Positions 12,664 through 26,346 of a DNA stretch of 64,000 bases are shown here, piece by piece. The stretch spans positions 4,092,001 through 4,156,000 of the forward strand of contig JBHGNT010000008.1 in NCBI GenBank assembly GCA_043228905.1, read 5' to 3'. The notes below the pieces were generated by a model. That model had not been told where the DNA came from and did no database searches. It was given only the letters and a program-made list of their open reading frames with translations. Within the stretch, counting starts at the first letter, position 1, and each line of letters starts with the position of its first letter. The stretch is from Azolla caroliniana. Lineage: Eukaryota > Plantae > Polypodiophyta. Position numbers and translations under genes: made by a program.

Positions 12664-14194
12664 TTACTATATTATGGTGACACATGTCCTTAAGATGTAT
12701 AAGCCTTTCCACACACATTCATAATTGTCATCTTACGGTGATACAATGTAATACCATTTGAGAACTAAATATATCAACGTATGAGGAAAAACAACATGAT
12801 GACGTTTAAAACCCTATACAATTCATATGACATTAAAATGTGATTCTTATAGAGGACTAGTAGATTACATAGAAATCAACAAATAACATGCGGAAATATA
12901 TTTTTTATGATAATTTTTGTAACTTTTAGATTGAGCTATGGATAATCACTCACTATTGATTTGGGAAGGGCAAAGAAAGGGGGGATAAAGCCCCCAAGGG
13001 CTGTCCGTTTTATATAATTTTACCTTCCATGTGAAAGCTCCCTTCGAGAGTTTTCTAGACACATATTTACTATATTTTTTGGCCCCAATTTGGGGGGTTA
13101 TAGGCATTTACATTATCTTTATAACTTGTGGTCATCGACCATGTGTGAAGAAGTACTAATCATTTGCCAAACGAGCCAATGCAAAGTGATCAATCTCAAT
13201 CTTAATCAAAGCCAATAGAACCTTATATTGCGAATTTGAAAACATGTTCCCTTGAGCACATCCCAAATATGGGTGACAGGAGCAATACGATTCAATGCAT
13301 GCGTGGTGCAACGTTGTTTTATGAAACTTACATCTAAGGATGTAATATGTTCGCGAGTTTATGGAATAAAATAGAGAATATAAACAAAATTTCTATCTCT
13401 TCATTCAAGGGCTAAGAGGACAACCTCATATTCTACAATGTTTCTAGAAACTTGAACAATGACAATAGAGTTTTATGCTCTTCGAAGAGCGTACAAGTAC
13501 ATCTCGAAAGTTAAGGACAATGTCTCAAAATCACCTCTCCAAAGCTTATCACAAATGAAACAAAAGAAAATTCCTTTTATCCACCTAGGCCCAACACACG
13601 TCCACAAATGGTTTGTAAGATGGCATGTTGAAAGATATTCGAATGTGCACGTAGAGGAGAAGAACAAGACAAGAACATGTGCACGGAACCATATGGAAAG
13701 CCCTTCACACAATATTCAAATCAACCCAAAACAAAACGTTAGTACTAAATAATGGGAAAATGATCAGAGGCAGCTAGTTTATGTCTCGATCGAATGAATA
13801 TTGATTAGAAAAAGAGAATATACTATAGTCATCAGGTATATGTACCAAAAACAAAAGAACATGACACATTCCTACAACCCGAATCGGTTGTCAAGAACTC
13901 TTGCCAAGGACAAAACCATCATTAATGACACTAAGAATGCTCTTTGCTCGTCCCATGTGACAATATAACCAAACTAATGGAAATTCCAACAATAAAACCA
14001 AGAGCCAGGCTTAGTTCTTCATTTCAGTTTCTTTTTTACCCTTTAACCATTAAAGAACCTCTTGCCTACATTACTCATAAGAATGGTTTGTAACCATGGT
14101 TGCTGCAATGGATTGTGGAGCCCTCCAAGTATGTCTACATATCATCATCATCATCCAATCTCACTCAAGATCTTTGGTTTTTGGCCCATAATGT

Positions 14195-14405
14195 TCTACA
14201 TTTTCCAATATTTACGAGGCACTAAAGATATGGGTCTTTTCTTTACCAACGATTCTATGCACGGTCAATTGACCAATTATTGTGACGTTGGGTTCTTATC
14301 TGACCCTCATGTTGGTAGATCACAAACAAGATATGTTTTCCTTGTTGGTGGCACAACAATTTCTTGGCGATCGACAAAGCAAACATTGGCTGCAACATCT
14401 TCATT
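14195..14405 (+). mobile_element. Ty1/Copia RT-RNase H junction fragment
   Basis: FQYLRGTKDMGLFF...YCDVGFLSDPHVGRSQTRYVFLVGGTTISWRSTKQT matches the copia RNase H N-terminus; truncated. Confidence 0.85.
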
Positions 14406-15109
14406 TTCTTCTTACTATTTCTTCCTCCCTAGGTTTTATTGCTTGTTTCATGTATTTACTATATTTATAAATACATGACCTTACTAGCTAACAATTGTCG
14501 AATGTTACTAAATATCCTTGAATCCTTGCAGAAGTAGCTTTGCAAGTGAACCTTATTTTGCGAATAAAATGCTTCAAGCACCATGAAATAATTTAAGGTT
14601 TCAATAAGCCATCTTTATCAAGAATATTCCACCCAATTGATGTGATTGTTCCATAGCATGAAAAGCAAAAGGCTATTCTTCAAACCCTAGATTTTCTACA
14701 AGATGGTACCAAGGTTGTTCATGCCACACGGAAGGTTTTAAGTCAAAAACGAATACCCACCAAGGCATCGTGTTTCTAGATCATTTTAAATATTTTATAT
14801 CTAATACATCATCTGGATACTTCATACAACGCGAGAAAAATCTAGTATCCAAAACAGGGAGCTACGGTAATGAGTGATTAGTTGAATTGGTGATACATAG
14901 TCCAAAATGGGTTAATGATGTCGCGAGAAAGCCACTTATTGTAGCATAAAATGGGTATATGCCATCTATGGATGTTTATCGATAACATTACAAATCTTAC
15001 TGGATACCATCATTGTTCCTAATCAATCTTTGACAAATCCTCGGAATGTGTCGTTTGGTTTGTGCTCTTTCTGGATTCCTGGTCCGATGGGTAGGCTTAT
15101 AGCTAGCGT

Positions 15110-16408
15110 TTAGGAACTGGTTTGACGGGATTTCTTTGCAGAACTCATCTCTTGAACTTCTTTCACTCGTCCGGTCGCTGCTCGCTTCTTCAAGTGTTGT
15201 TGCACCTGAACAAAACACAAGCTATCAAAGTGATGTAATGTGCTTTTTTTTTTTAATGAAAAACACCAAAAAAAGAAAAATACAGTCAACTTTTCGGACA
15301 TTCTTTAGAATGCCCCTAGTCCTCTGGGTGGTGATCCAAAATGATGAGAATGCCATAGTAGCATGTTTTGTACTTAGTTAGTATCCTGGTAGGCATTATG
15401 GTGTATTGCCCTGATTCCTAGGGCAGGCACAATCGTGCACATGAAATAATTCTCGCACATTTGTGATCCAGTTCAAAGTGATTTATTTGCCTTTTAAATT
15501 TGTTTGCTAAGACTTACCGGGCTCTCAGATCGCGGATGCACACCATGTTCCGCATGCTTACAGAGAACGGCTCGGACTTTGCGGGATAGTGCCACGTACT
15601 TCTCTACCAGAGCTTCATTGCCTCTTGACACTCGGGAGCCATGCCCTTTCTTAGGATCTCCTGGATTCGAAGCTAAGCGTTTCACCCATTCCAACAGGGA
15701 AGCAAGTGAGGAAGATGACTCGCTTGATATAATTCCATCATGAGGAGGGGCCATAGGACATGGAGCCTGAGGTTGTGGAAAAGGTGTACTAAGAGATGGC
15801 CTTTCTTCTTCGTCAGTGTTTGAAACTTGTCTCGCCTTCGGAGAACTCCCCTGAGTTTTCGAGCTATTCATCTTTAATGCGGGTTCGAGGTTATGGTCAT
15901 GGTCATGGCTTTCGATATTTGGAGTAGTCTCCTTATTTTTGATAGCACTAGTGCCTGAACTCCGTCCAACTTGACCGGCGATTAATCTTCGGTTCTCGAG
16001 TGCCTTTAAATACTTGGCGTACACGAGTTTGAGCAATGGCCCACCTTCGGAGCCGAATCCGATGCTTTTCGATATAGAAGACCACATTGTGACTCTATCA
16101 TAGCCCCCAAGAGCTCTCACTTGCACAGACAGTTTCACCAGGTCCACCTCTCTCCCCTTCACGAGAACCGGTAATGGCCTTGTTTCAGTGAGTTTCCGAG
16201 CTTCCAAAACCTCATAAACCACAGTTAGAAGCTCGTCTTGTTGAATGATGCCCTCTTCAATGTAATCATCATTCTGCACGTCGTCACGATCTTCTTGAGA
16301 ACCAATGTTGTTTTCTTTGGCATCTTCTTCACTATCATGATTATCATCTATTTCCTCATTCTCCTTGAGGGAATTACCATCTCTTGTTGGTTTATTACTA
16401 GCCCCCAT
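15110..16408 (-). CDS. ARID (AT-rich interaction domain) protein, ARID1/2-like
   Basis: ARID motif PLPVLVKGREVDLVKLSVQVRALGGYDRV..W..I...G...LKLVYAKYL. Exon 16408-15518 splices in phase 0 to 15205-15110, ending in a basic KKR...KKSR tail. First in-frame ATG is at 16408; a probable 5' UTR intron has its acceptor at 16524. Confidence 0.8.
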
Positions 16409-17717
16409 CACTTCACGAAAAACCTTGCCTGGTTGCTTTAGAGCAGGCTCCACAATTAGTATTACATTTCCATCGAGAATATGTCGTTTCTCTTATAATG
16501 CCGCAATTAGCACTACCTTATTCCTAGGTATGAAAAGCAGCCCTTCACAGAGAAACAAAAGAAACTACCTTATCATTGTGAAATGAGATTGACCACCAAT
16601 ACACTAGGAAAGTGTAACAAAAAGAGAGAAAAAAATCTTTTGCTCAGCATACTCATTCATGTCATGAAAACTAGAACATACAAAACCTAAGAAAAATAAT
16701 CTGAATGAAGTTCCCAAGTTATTTATCTTTATTTCACTAAATGCCCCTTGTCAAACCTCTCTCCAACAACTATAATGTCTACTAGGAAATTGTATTCAAT
16801 CTCCTTTTTCTCTGGTTTGGGGGAAGCCTGAACCAGGGGCATTTGAGCACATAAATAGAGACTGGGGGTATTTTGGGGAGTTTTCTCCCCTTCAATTTAT
16901 CCTTTCTCTTCCCGTGCAAGATTTTGATGGCATTAATGGAAGCCATTAAGAACCAAAATGGGAGCAAAGATTGAAGAATTTTTTTTGGATCCACTATCAT
17001 GGGGCATGAAATTAGAGTTTAATTAATGAATTATAATAAAACACAGAAATTTTGAGATTATGTTGGTACTATCTCTGGAACTGGAGCTGAATTTCTGGGT
17101 ATATATAAGCGAATAAAACAGAAAAGAGACTAAATTCATGTTAAAAAAATAAAAATGAAACCATATAAGAGCATAATTATTCGAATTGAAGAGTATTTTC
17201 AGGGTAAAAAGAAGATTGATTCGAAAGGAAAAGAGAAAATTATTCCATATCTCAAAAAGATCTCGCAAAATTCAAAGAGAATTTAGGGAGAATAATCTAA
17301 ATACCATGGAATCTCAGAAGAAGAAGAAGAAGAAGAAGATATCAAAAGAGAGGATTTTGTTTTGTTTGGTGGGGGAAAGGGGATTTAAGGGAGTACATAC
17401 CTGCATATATGTATACATACATACAAACATACACAAAGTAAAGAGAGAGAGAAGAGAAGATCAATTCATCTCAATCTCATTGTGTGAGAGACCTAGATTT
17501 TCAGAATTCACTCCCGTGTAGCAGCATTTGTTTTGCTAAGCAGGGAAGCTCTTCATGTGCTCCGGCTCCTGCATCCGGATCATCATCTCCAGCCTCTTCT
17601 CTTCTTCACTGACACAAAGAGCCAGAGACAGGAACAGAGAACAGAGAACAGAGATGAAGGAGCAGGGGAAGGAAGAGGAGGTTTCACACTAGAGGAAGAA
17701 GGTTTTTCCATTGTCTC

Positions 17718-17830
17718 TGTTCGGTTTGGGCTTAACCGGTTTGGTTTATATCCGGTTTATTAACGGCTCGGTTTGGGCTTAACCCGTTTATTAACGGCTC
17801 GGTTTAGGCTTGAGCCGAGCCGTTTCCGAC
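17718..17830. repeat. Degenerate tandem GGTTTGGGCTTAAC/CGGTTT repeats upstream of the ARID gene
   Basis: Several copies of CGGTTTRGGCTT and TTTATTAACGGCTCGG. Either promoter elements or a hAT-like subterminal remnant. Confidence 0.5.
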
Positions 17831-18479
17831 TCCTAAAGATTCTGAGACTCTGATTGGCTCGAGAGCCCCACAACACACACTCTCTGTCCTTTGGGCTAGC
17901 AACCCAAGGAACCCGAGGGGCACGAACGGCCCGGTGGGCGGGCGGGCGGGCGGGCGGGCAACGTCTTCTTGCGGACATGACGAGATACCCTTGCCCCCCC
18001 CGCCTGTCCTTGAGCATTATGCACCTGCGAAAGTGGACTTCCCGTAATGACGTTAAAGCCTTTAACACATCTCGAACAAACCGTTCTAGAAAAAACAGAA
18101 AAAAAAGAAAGGGTCCAAGACTCCGAGGTTCATAGAAAATTTACCTAAGATCACCAGAAGAACCGAATCGGGATCAGTTTTGCGGTGCTGAAAGATCGTC
18201 AATCTGTTTTTTTGTTGTTGTGTTTTGGTATTAATTTCACAAAGATTGCTCTTTCTTACTTTCAATGTTGTGGTTGAGTCTACCACTCTTTTCATTTTCT
18301 CGATCGAATGATCCTTCTCATATTCATGACTCGATGATTTAATGTTCTTGGGATGGCTTGTCATACCCACTACCTTATTATCCTTTTGCTTAGGGACTTC
18401 TAACTCCGTAAAACCTTGTTTAAAGCCAACGAGCTGAAAGCTAAGGCATTACCAAGATATGGGTGAGAATCAAGTTCCA

Positions 18480-20260
18480 TAGTAGGAAAAGTTTGAACCA
18501 TCCTCGTAAAAGGAGGGCTAGAAAATACTTATCCCCCATATTCATATCCTCCTCTTAGAAGATGATAATTAACATCACATACTTGTCTAATCAGAGCTCG
18601 TGGCATCAATCCACCTCCCATCCAATATATTATATCTTGACTAAACAACATAATTCCACCCATGTTTCTATTCACATTCGTCCCTTTATTTGATTGAAGG
18701 AATGGGTTTGGTTTTGTCCCATTGATATTACAATTTGCTAAGCCCAATCTTCAATTCCTATTGTAGGCTAAGAGTCTTCTTTCTCAAGTGTTATAACTAC
18801 TCGGGTTCTTCTTTGCCCTCGTTGAACCAAACATTTGAATCCCCTGAAGAGGGACATTCCCCAAGTGCTATCCATTCCTCGCAAAGGCCATTCCCAAGTG
18901 TCATCAAAAGAGTTGAATATCCACATGTGACATGATGAAACAATCCTCACATGCTCTAATATCCACAATTTCCACATTAGTATGCCTTTCAACTTTCTGA
19001 TATATACATACATTTACTCCATGTCTATACCATTAGAGATTAAAGCCTTCCGCATATCCCAATCGTGTTGCAACTCGGATACCTTCAATATTGAAACATG
19101 GTTTTCAGCTTATTGGTTGAACTTTTTTGCACATATGCTTAATTAAATATCCATTGTCTAGGCGTTGAAAAAGATGATAAAACTTGTCATATTTCCAAAT
19201 AGTATATGGTATAGGACATGAAATGAATCGATGTATACTATCTTCCAATTAAACAGAACAAAAGAAGAATGTGCTTGATGCCGGCCCTCACCTCTTGATG
19301 GTTGAACCTAAAGGCCCTCAATTATCACTCTCCAAATGAACACCTGATCGATAAGGCAATTTAGAATGCCAACCAACCTACAACATTTTACACCACCCTA
19401 CATCACACTTGCCTACATTCCACTCATTTTGTGCTATAGATAAGAGCCGTGAAAGTAATATCATGGAGTGATGACACAACATATTATTGTGTACCATTAA
19501 AATCTTATACCACCCTTTAAACACTAGTCCACCCAAGATTGATGATTTATCTTCATGGGAAGACATCCTAGTAACAATGTTATGCTTTGCAAGTTTTATC
19601 AAATAAAAACATAATTTGGTGAAAGACATAACTATATTTTAGCATCACCAAACTCTAATCGTCTTTGAGATACAAGATCAACGGTGCCCACTTCAACAAC
19701 CCCTAGCCAAAAACAAATAAATGAACTAAGCGCTTAATATTTCCGTTCCACGCCACTGTAACAAGTGAGAAGAAACAAGTATGTGTACCCTTTGTTATGA
19801 GTTACATTGCTCTAACTCTTTGATCGTACCCATTAAAAATAAGACAAAGCATGTGGTCAAGGTCATGCAAACTCCTGAGCACATACAAAGTGTTGAACTT
19901 TAAGAGGAATGCTCCCATTTAGCATTGCCACCATGATGCCTTGATCATAGTTTTCCCATGCATCAATCCTTCTTTGTCAATAGAATGTTGGATCATATAT
20001 ATATCCGTGATTGCTCTTATCGACATATCTACAACAAAAGTCGACACAATTACATATCCAAATTTACTAATGTAGAACAAAATAGTCCCTAGAGAGTAGC
20101 CAAATGATCCCATAAAATCCATGAAATTGCCATGTTCCTTCTTTCACCACAACATGAACCAAAGATGTTGCAACACTTCTTGTAATTTCTTCTTAGTCCA
20201 AGGAAGCAATGATAACAAATATATAAGCATGGGTTCCAAAATACATTGCACCACACACAC
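18480..20260 (-). mobile_element. Decayed L1-like LINE (RT C-terminal / zf-RVT region)
   Basis: Broken minus-strand frames give WHSKLPYR..FIWRVII..PLGS....FFC...EDSIHRFISCP at about 19205-19375, with many stops and frameshifts. Boundaries are approximate. Confidence 0.65.
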
Positions 20261-21380
20261 TCTCTCTAGATTCCTTCAAATCCTTTATTGTTCTCTTTGA
20301 CTTCTTTTCCTTTCCTCTATTCTTCTCTCACATGTTCTTTTCCTCTTCTTCTTCCTTCTATTCCTCTTTGACTTTCTTTGTTTTTCTGTTGTTCACATGC
20401 GCATCATTGTCAACATGTGAGAAAGTTACAAGTCCTCTATTCTATGTTCATGAGTGTAGAGTGTGTAGTGGAGTCATCATTAAACCACTTCAGATTCTCA
20501 CTCATCATCATCGATAATCCCACCCCCTTCCTCGTAAAATATAAGGCCCTTGCGACATTGCCAAAAAACATCATATGGAACACATTACGTAAAAATGAAC
20601 AAAGATGTAATCTTCTCCCTCCATCATCCCCTCCTCGATAAGCCACTTCACAATAGGTGTCAAGATCACCATCTCTACCCTACAACACTTCATGACCATT
20701 TAACCGAATTTCATGGCATGATCGGTGCGTGGTTGCATTGAGCCCTTATCCCCAAGTGGAGATGGTCCAAGAAAATACACAAATGTACATGACCGCATAT
20801 GTACAATGACTCCTTTTCTATAATGCATGGAGAATTACAATAGGATATGTTAGCACATCACTTGCTTACCACATCTAATTTAAAATCCAATCCCCAAAGG
20901 TCCTCATTTTAAAGCATCCCCAAGTCTTAGTTGATCATGCATTAAAATGGGGTGCCACTTTCCCTTTTACAAATGAGTCTTGGTTTAAGCCATTCCCTTT
21001 TACTTTACGAACAGGCACATACAATCAGAGCGTCTCCAAAAGGTGCATGGAGGTTGTAGGCACCCTTCCCTTTTACTTTATGAATGGGCACATGCTATGG
21101 GAGTGTCTCCAAAAGGTGGATGGATGTTCTAGGCATGTGTACCCAACTACCAAACTGGATCAACTAAGTTTTCTCATGGTGTAGAACCAATTAAGAAAAT
21201 AAGGGAACGTTAATTACACCGCCTAGAAGCTATGGTTGGGGTACCTTTTACATTGGAACCACGGGCCACACCCACATCGAAACCTTTGACATCCCATTCC
21301 TTTTCGAGAGACTGGGATGAAAATGAAACTACGCCTAACACAAAGCCATTTCCTTTATAGAATATGTTACACCATAACAA

Positions 21381-22477
21381 GTTTTGTACAATACTAAAAC
21401 TCTATTATCTACATTTTATTTTATTTTATTTTATTTTTGATGATTGGGTACACACCCCATTTTGTTCTAAACCAATTGTCTTATGGGCCAAATTTTTTTA
21501 TTTTTTTTTCAAAAGAACATTCCTTCCATTAGTTTTTAGAAAAGTCATAACAACAACATACAAAATATTTTTCCCAACTCATCTTTATAAGATGATGGTT
21601 TGAGGAAAGCAATCTATGTACTCCAAAGTAGAGAAAACTAGTCAACTAATCTGAAAGTTATTCTATAGACACATTCCAAGCTATTTGCAGTCCCATATAT
21701 CTTAAATAACTTGCATCTCCCAAGTCAAACTCAAATAGACCCATGAGGGGAGACTTCAATGCTACTACATCTGTAGCAGGAACCTTGTGGATCTTCCCTT
21801 TGTTAAAAACATAGCTCCCATCAACGGCTTTAAACATAGGAGGCTTGTCACTACCTCTAAATTTGGACCACAACTGTGTAAGATTGAGAGATGCTGACTC
21901 TCCACCATAATAATCATTCCTAATCATGATCATTGTCCTTGGCAAACCCTATGCAAGACACCAGAAAATTTGGTTGGTCTTAACATATGGAGAAAAAAAT
22001 ATTGCAATTTGGCTCTGTAATGAACTGTATGTCTCCCATAAAGAGAGATGGCAAAAAGAAATACTCATCAACTGCACTAGTTGCACTTACATCCACAGAC
22101 AAATCCAAAACCTTTCCAGTGATAGTTGTATACATTGCCAAAACATCTTCCACAACGGTCTCAAAATAGGTGGTTGCATCATAGCTACTGGATATATAGC
22201 ATTGATCCAATGAAGGTTCATTGACTAGTACAAATCTATCATTGGTATCGAAGAAAATTTCATCCACGGGTCCCCGGGTCCCAAAAGACTAATTCATGTC
22301 AGATTTCCTACCTAGCTTTTTCACCTTGTTTGGAAGATATGGGCCAATTTTTTACTGAACACGTTTTGTACAATACTAGAACTCTTTTATCTACGTTTAA
22401 TTTTATTTTAAATTTATTTTCGATGATTGTGACACACCTCAATTTGTTGTAAACCAATTGTCTCATGGGCCAATTTT
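21381..22477. repeat. Imperfect ~115-bp direct repeats (21381-21498, 22363-22477) bracketing the GDI fragments
   Basis: Both copies read GTTTTGTACAATACTA.AACTCT.TTATCTAC...AAACCAATTGTC..ATGGGCCAA. Confidence 0.8.
21730..22345 (-). pseudogene. GDI: Rab GDP-dissociation inhibitor fragments (intronless, deleted, out of order)
   Basis: RNDYYGGESASLNLTQLW..FRGSDKPP / FKAVDGSYVFNKGKIHKVPATD..ALKSPLMGLFE at 21925-21730; PYLPNKVKK, RKSDM and GPVDEIFFD...SYDATTYFET.VEDVL.MY..ITGKVLDLSVD at 22345-22065. Confidence 0.9.
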
Positions 22478-22929
22478 GGTCTTAGAAGACATCAATATAT
22501 CTTTCTTTCTTTCTTATGATTCTTTTGTTGTGTACATCCAACATTGCAAGCAATATGTGGTAATCTACAATTTTTCGTATTCTGTAGCTTTATAATGTAT
22601 CGATATATTGTTTGTAGTTCTAATAGATATCTCTATAGGTTAAACACCTACGTCCAAGAGTATAACCTAGTAGGAGTTGGTGGATTTAACTCTTAATTGT
22701 CTCCTTAAGAACTTCATTTGAATCTTCTTAAAACACACACCAATCAACCCTCACCCCCTCAATCCCTTGCCAACATCTTCAATTCCTCTCCCTAGATGAC
22801 TTCATCATTGACCTCGAGGACTCTTTACTCATTAATTCATGCACTTAGAAGTTTGCATCCATTAGGTCAAGGCGTGTGTTAAGCAACGTATGTAAACCTA
22901 AGTTCCTGAGCCCTGAGTCTAAACATCAT

Positions 22930-23213
22930 TGTTATTAGTACCCCTAAAAAATCAAGTGACTTGCAATTGTAAGAATGTAGAATTCGTGTCATTCCCTAGT
23001 GTGAAAGTGCTTATGAGAAAAGGGTCTAAATTTAAGGGGAGTATAAAAGCTAACTTTGAAGGCTCTTCCCATCTCTTCCCATCTCTTCCTTGTCTCCTAA
23101 CTTCAAAGTAAGATATTTTATTTTCCTAATCTCTCTCTCTCTCCCTCATCCTAATCTTGTGTAATCAATCACTCAACACTTAAACTATCCCAACTTACAA
23201 CACTGGTATCAAG
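22930..23213 (+). mobile_element. Probable orphan 5' LTR plus PBS of a truncated LTR element
   Basis: TGTT at 22930, TATAAA at 23042, a CT-rich tract, ...AACA at 23202, then TGGTATCAAG (iMet-PBS-like). No partner LTR seen. Confidence 0.4.
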
Positions 23214-24590
23214 TTGATTGCTAGATATTAGTTTAAGCTCATTGTTTTATTTGTATTTTCTAGTTGTTTAATGTGATTAAGTCTTTGAAGTAAGGCATGT
23301 CTCTTGGATATTTGTGAGTGTAAGCATTGTTACTTAAAGGTTTGCTTTAGTCATTGGCATTAAACGTCAAAAACTCCAAAAAACACCACATTACGGGATC
23401 AAGAATCCTCTCTAGAAGAAGTTAATTTGTCTTGGGTTGAACAGGGGAAATCTTATGAGAATGAAATCAATTATTGTTTCCAAATGGTAATATCATGGAT
23501 GTCTCATGGAGATAAAAACAAACTCCTAAAAGCTCTTTTGCATACAAACATCCTCACCTCTTGAAGCAAGAAGCTCACCAATATTTGCTCGGAAAATGAT
23601 TATATATATATACCCTTAATCATTATTTGGATTTAGATCTTAACATAACAATTGTTAGAATTTTAAATGACGAATCTTGTAGTATGGAAACTTAATATCA
23701 TACGGTCTACCGACAACATATAAGACTTTCAAATTTGTGTAAGCATTGTACCATAATATCTTTTAAGTTTATAACCAATTCGATAGACTATAAAACAATC
23801 GAATCATATATCTAGCGTAGACTGTAGTTATTGTAGAAATATAAATTCAAGTAGCGAGGAAGTGAAATGTCAACAAAAAACTTTCGTAACAACATAAATA
23901 TGGAGTTGCCAAAGTAACCATAAACTGATAATGGGATGTACAACCAAAGTCAATTATGATCAAGCAAAAGGTATCGTATGTGCATAATGCAAAGTATGAT
24001 TTAACATACATGATATATAAACATCGTGAATCGATCAATAACACTACACATAGCGAGTAATGTATGGCATCGATCTATCTATATTGTGAAAGGAACATGT
24101 CGATTCATTAGCTCGAGTCACAACAAATTAACAACTATAACAATACGATTCGATTTGCATATCTTTTCCCTAACCATCCAATACATAGTCATGGTCACCA
24201 CTATTTCCCCCCCATTTAATTAGTATCCCCAATGTTTCTGAAATAGATCGACAAAAATGAATCTCGTATAATTCCGTGACATCTCATGAATCACATCGAA
24301 GATCCCAAGAATCTCCTGCTCCCTCCATGAGCTCCTCTAGTCTCTTCATATGTTTTCACATTGGTTACAAGTTACAACCTCTTAGGTTTACACACAAACA
24401 TAATGCCCAAATAAAATGGTTACAAGCTCATAAATCACAGCATTTAACTTTTCCATTGTTAACCAATCAATTATGATCTATATCCAACTAATGAATAAGT
24501 CAATGATTCACCCCACTACTTCTAAATCATATAATTTGGAGAGAGGAAATAACCCTTGTCATTAGTCTTGATTACTAATCAGTCAAATTT

Positions 24591-26301
24591 ATGATCATGC
24601 AAGTGATGATGATGATTAATTCCCTCGCCAGTAATTATAACACTAATCAAAATCATAATGCTAATCATGTTAGGAGGAATTACAAGGGTATGAGGCAGCA
24701 GTATAGGATGGGGACATTGGTCATCACTTGCATCTTGGGGATCATGGTGGGCATTCCCATTGGTGTCATCACCATCTCCTCCAGATCAATCTTAAAGGTA
24801 TATATGTATGTATGTATATATATATATATATATTATTAGCACTTTGATAAGCTTAATTCTTTGATTAGCATAATGTCTATAGTTAATAGAACCTTTTCTC
24901 ATGATCATGAAGCCATATTGTTGGTCCAACAGTTGACATCATCATGGAGGAGCCTTATGAAGTTTAACTAGATTATATAGCCAGACCCATCTATACCTAT
25001 TGGACCCATCAATTACATACTAGAGATTGATTGAATTATGAAATCAATGCCACCCACGGTTTCAAGTTCCGAAAAAACTTGACAATGGAACCCGGAAATG
25101 GCACACAATTATAATGTATGAAAACATTAATCCTGGACTTAATTCGTAATAAGATTCAAGGGACCAACGATCTAAGTTAGGATCATCCTGGTAACCAACC
25201 ATATCCTTTGTAGCTAGAACTACATACTCACAATGTCCACATCATTACTTGGGAACTATCTCAAAGACAACTTGACATCGTTTTACTTGGGGAGCTACAC
25301 CAAAGAAGATAATTTGGCATTACTATAGAATCTTTCGATCTTTTTTGCATAATTTGGTTGATGAAGTCGGATCATATTGAAGACACATATTCATAAATAA
25401 GTTCACAATGTAAGTTTTTTGTTGTTTGTGATAGATCTCGTCTCTTTGGATGGCCTAGCAATTTGGCACAATGTGATTAGCTTAGTTTATTATTAAGTTA
25501 AGGTAAGCTATTCAAATAAAAATGGAAAGAAGTATAGTGCATGAAAATGCTTTCCATAAACACTAACTAGCTAATCACACATGGGTTATAAATAAACTCG
25601 TACTAGATACCATGGGAGCACACATGGGAGATTATGAGGCTAGCAACATTGATCACTTTGTCATTAAATCCAACAACATAGATTCCCTAACTCAACTTTG
25701 GGCCTTAGTTAATGGAAACCGGTTCATTGCCTAGATAACGACCCAACCCTCCTCAATCATTATGCATGAAATCTCAAATCATTGCTTAAGTGGATTTACT
25801 TCATACATCATATGTGAAGATAATCGTTCATGCTTCTTATTTTTCGCTTTTTTATTGATTTACCCAGGCAATTCATGCAAATGCGAAAGCTAGGCCTCAT
25901 GATGGACATGCAAGAGGTGTAGAAGCTCTACCCCCTAGTATACTTGCTCCAACTACGGATCTTTTCTTTCGAAGACTTTGGGGGAATCCGCATGAGGTAT
26001 TAGAGTAAGTGTCATGTATCCAGTGCGTCTCATGTCAGTTAAGATTGAAGGGATGCATGCGCATAGCAATCATCAAATCACTAGGCCAAGATAGATAGAT
26101 AGATATCTCTTTAATGTCCATGGAAAACCGATTGCGATCTATGAGACAAGGTGTAGCCCATACCAAACATCAAACCTAGGTTTTCTTCATTTTTATGACT
26201 TTTGATGCAATCTATGAGACAAGTCCTATCCCATAGCAAAGATCAAACCTAGGTTTTCTTCATTTTTATGACTTTTGATGCTGATGTTAAACCACCAACC
26301 C

Positions 26302-26346
<45 letters not shown>

